Source: Mobula hypostoma
Lineage: Eukaryota
DNA: 64,000 nucleotides
Assembly (NCBI RefSeq): GCF_963921235.1
Contig: NC_086107.1
Span: forward strand, 95,110,001-95,174,000
Reading direction: 5' to 3'
Both the position numbers and the translations under genes were made by a program. This document shows, in pieces, positions 62,241 through 64,000 of this stretch; within the stretch, counting starts at the first letter, position 1, and every line of letters begins with the position of its first letter. The notes under the pieces are model-generated. The model saw only the letters and a program-made list of their open reading frames with translations, searched no databases and was not told the origin of the DNA.

Positions 62241-63599
62241 GACAGACAGACGCACGCATACACGGATATCACCCCAACACACAGAGACAGATGTGTACAG
62301 AGACAATCCACACCCAGGTCGGCTGGAAGGGAGCGAGATGGATTCAGGGCAAGTGAAATCACAGCACACTCTCACCCACTGTGTTTTCAATGGGGTAGGG
62401 TTTCATGGTGGGACAATTATTTACACAGCTGTGGGAAGGCGTGTGATGGCATGAGGCAAAACTGCTTGAGAGGGATTAGTTCCCTTCGCTTTTGGCTGCC
62501 ACATGTAGACAAACTGTTGTCAAGCTAAAGTGGTGGGACTTGTCAAGCTGGCTAGACTGGTAAAGTGACGGTACCTGAACCAGGGTGGTATGCAAGCAGC
62601 AAGCGGTGTATGCCGACAACACACAGGAGATTGGGCATTTAATGTTATTTGGGTGTTTCCTGGTGACTGGTACCGGGAATGCTTCATTCTTCTGTAATGG
62701 AGTCTACACTGACATAACCATTGCCAAATTTGCACTCGATTTGGCGGGGTTAGTTGGTAAATCGGCTTATCGTTGTGTGCCAAGATACAGTGGAGGGGGA
62801 AGTCCGTTTTGTGTACCTGTCATTTCACTACATCATACCATTGAGAGCACAAGGGAAAACAATAACAATAATGTGTTGCAGTTGCAGAGAAAGTGCAGAC
62901 AGACAATAAGGTTCAAGGGCCACGGCAAGGTAGACTGTGAGGTCAAGAATCCCATCTTATCATACTAGAGGATCGTAGGATGGACTTCTGTATTGGCTTT
63001 TGTATCTTCTGCCCAATGAGAGGGGGGAGAAGAGAGAATGTCTGGGGAGGATGGGGACTTTCCTGAGGCAGCAGGAAATGTAGACAGAGTCCACGGAGGG
63101 GAGGCTGGTTTCCGTGACATGCCGAGCGGTGTCCATGACTTCTTGCAGTCAAGGGCAGAGCACACCAAACTGAGATGCATCCGGTGAGGGTCGACGGTTC
63201 ACACCGAATTTCCTTAACCTCCTGAGGAAGTAGAGGTGTTGGTGACATCTGCGTGGTTAGACCACGACAGGCGGATGGTATGCAAACTTGGGAACTTAAA
63301 GTTGTACGTTACTCCTGTAGAGCATGGTGAAGTGTGGCAAATGAGGTGGGATTGGAGTAGGATTAGTGGTAGGGGCAGGCAGGGCACCTCCGTAGAGGGT
63401 GCAGTGAAGGCTCACTAGGATGAAGCCTTTCATTTACAAGTGAGGCTGGATCTGTGCTCCCTGAATTTCACAGGGTCACTACCCTCTAGCTAAAGAAATT
63501 CCTTCTTATCTCAAACATCTTCTCCAAGTCCATTCTATCTAGGCCTTTCAATATTTGCTGTGGACGCCCAATGGCTGAACTATGACGGGACTCTTTAAG

Positions 63600-63990
63600 T
63601 TAAGTAATTCTCTCACTCAAGTTGCTCGATCTTGGAGCCCCGCCTCTTATCACCTCCCTGGTGTACTCTTGACATAGAAACTGGATGTACATCCCACCAA
63701 AGCCTTGGAGCAGAAATCCTCCCATCTCTCCCATCAAGTGGCCCGAAGCACTTAGAACGAATCCCAGAGTCAGCTGTCCTCCAGCAGCCAGTTATTAAAA
63801 TGCCACCTGTGAGTGCACTGGAGCGTAGTGGATCCACGAGGTGGTGGTCTGAGAACGGTACTGGCCAAATGGAGGATGCTGACAGGCAGGAGATGGATAA
63901 CCAAGAGATATTGAGGCAATCAATGTGGAACCTACCTGCCAAGATGGCACTAGAGTCAGAGATGAGGTTCAATAAGTTACAGGAGCCTGC
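63600..63990 (-). mobile_element. L1/Tx1-type endonuclease fragment
   Basis: RFHIDCLNIS...PVPFSDHHLV, resembling the APE C-terminal SDH motif. Confidence 0.55.
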
Positions 63991-64000
63991 TAGCTCCTCT

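Noticed and set aside
62585..62968. 127-aa ORF as exon 2 of the divergent gene
   Set aside because: No recognisable protein similarity (not ELOB-like), and its 3' half is repeat-derived.

Overview
Eukaryotic, repeat-rich vertebrate genomic DNA; the repeat landscape suggests a cartilaginous fish, probably a ray (inference). Main contents: (1) an ~8.1-kb class I (gamma/epsilon-like) endogenous retrovirus on the minus strand (902-9002). It has two near-identical LTRs, a 4-bp TSD, a tRNA-Ser PBS, internally deleted and frameshifted gag-pol, and an env that is one homopolymer base away from a complete 547-aa ORF. (2) The last two coding exons of PAQR4 (+), preceded by a partial duplicate of exon 2. 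(3) A complete 7-coding-exon PKMYT1 gene (-, ~536 aa) whose catalytic exon is bracketed by a perfect 84-bp microsatellite inverted repeat. (4) A CpG-rich, probably bidirectional promoter at ~54.1-54.8 kb. (5) A second, still-open copy of the last three PKMYT1 exons at 60.3-62.2 kb that has lost its polyA signal. (6) Many CR1, RTE, L1/Tx1, Gypsy, SINE and Penelope-like remnants, including a perfect 268-bp palindrome with a minimal hammerhead ribozyme motif on each strand. All calls come from reading the sequence by eye; no database searches were run.
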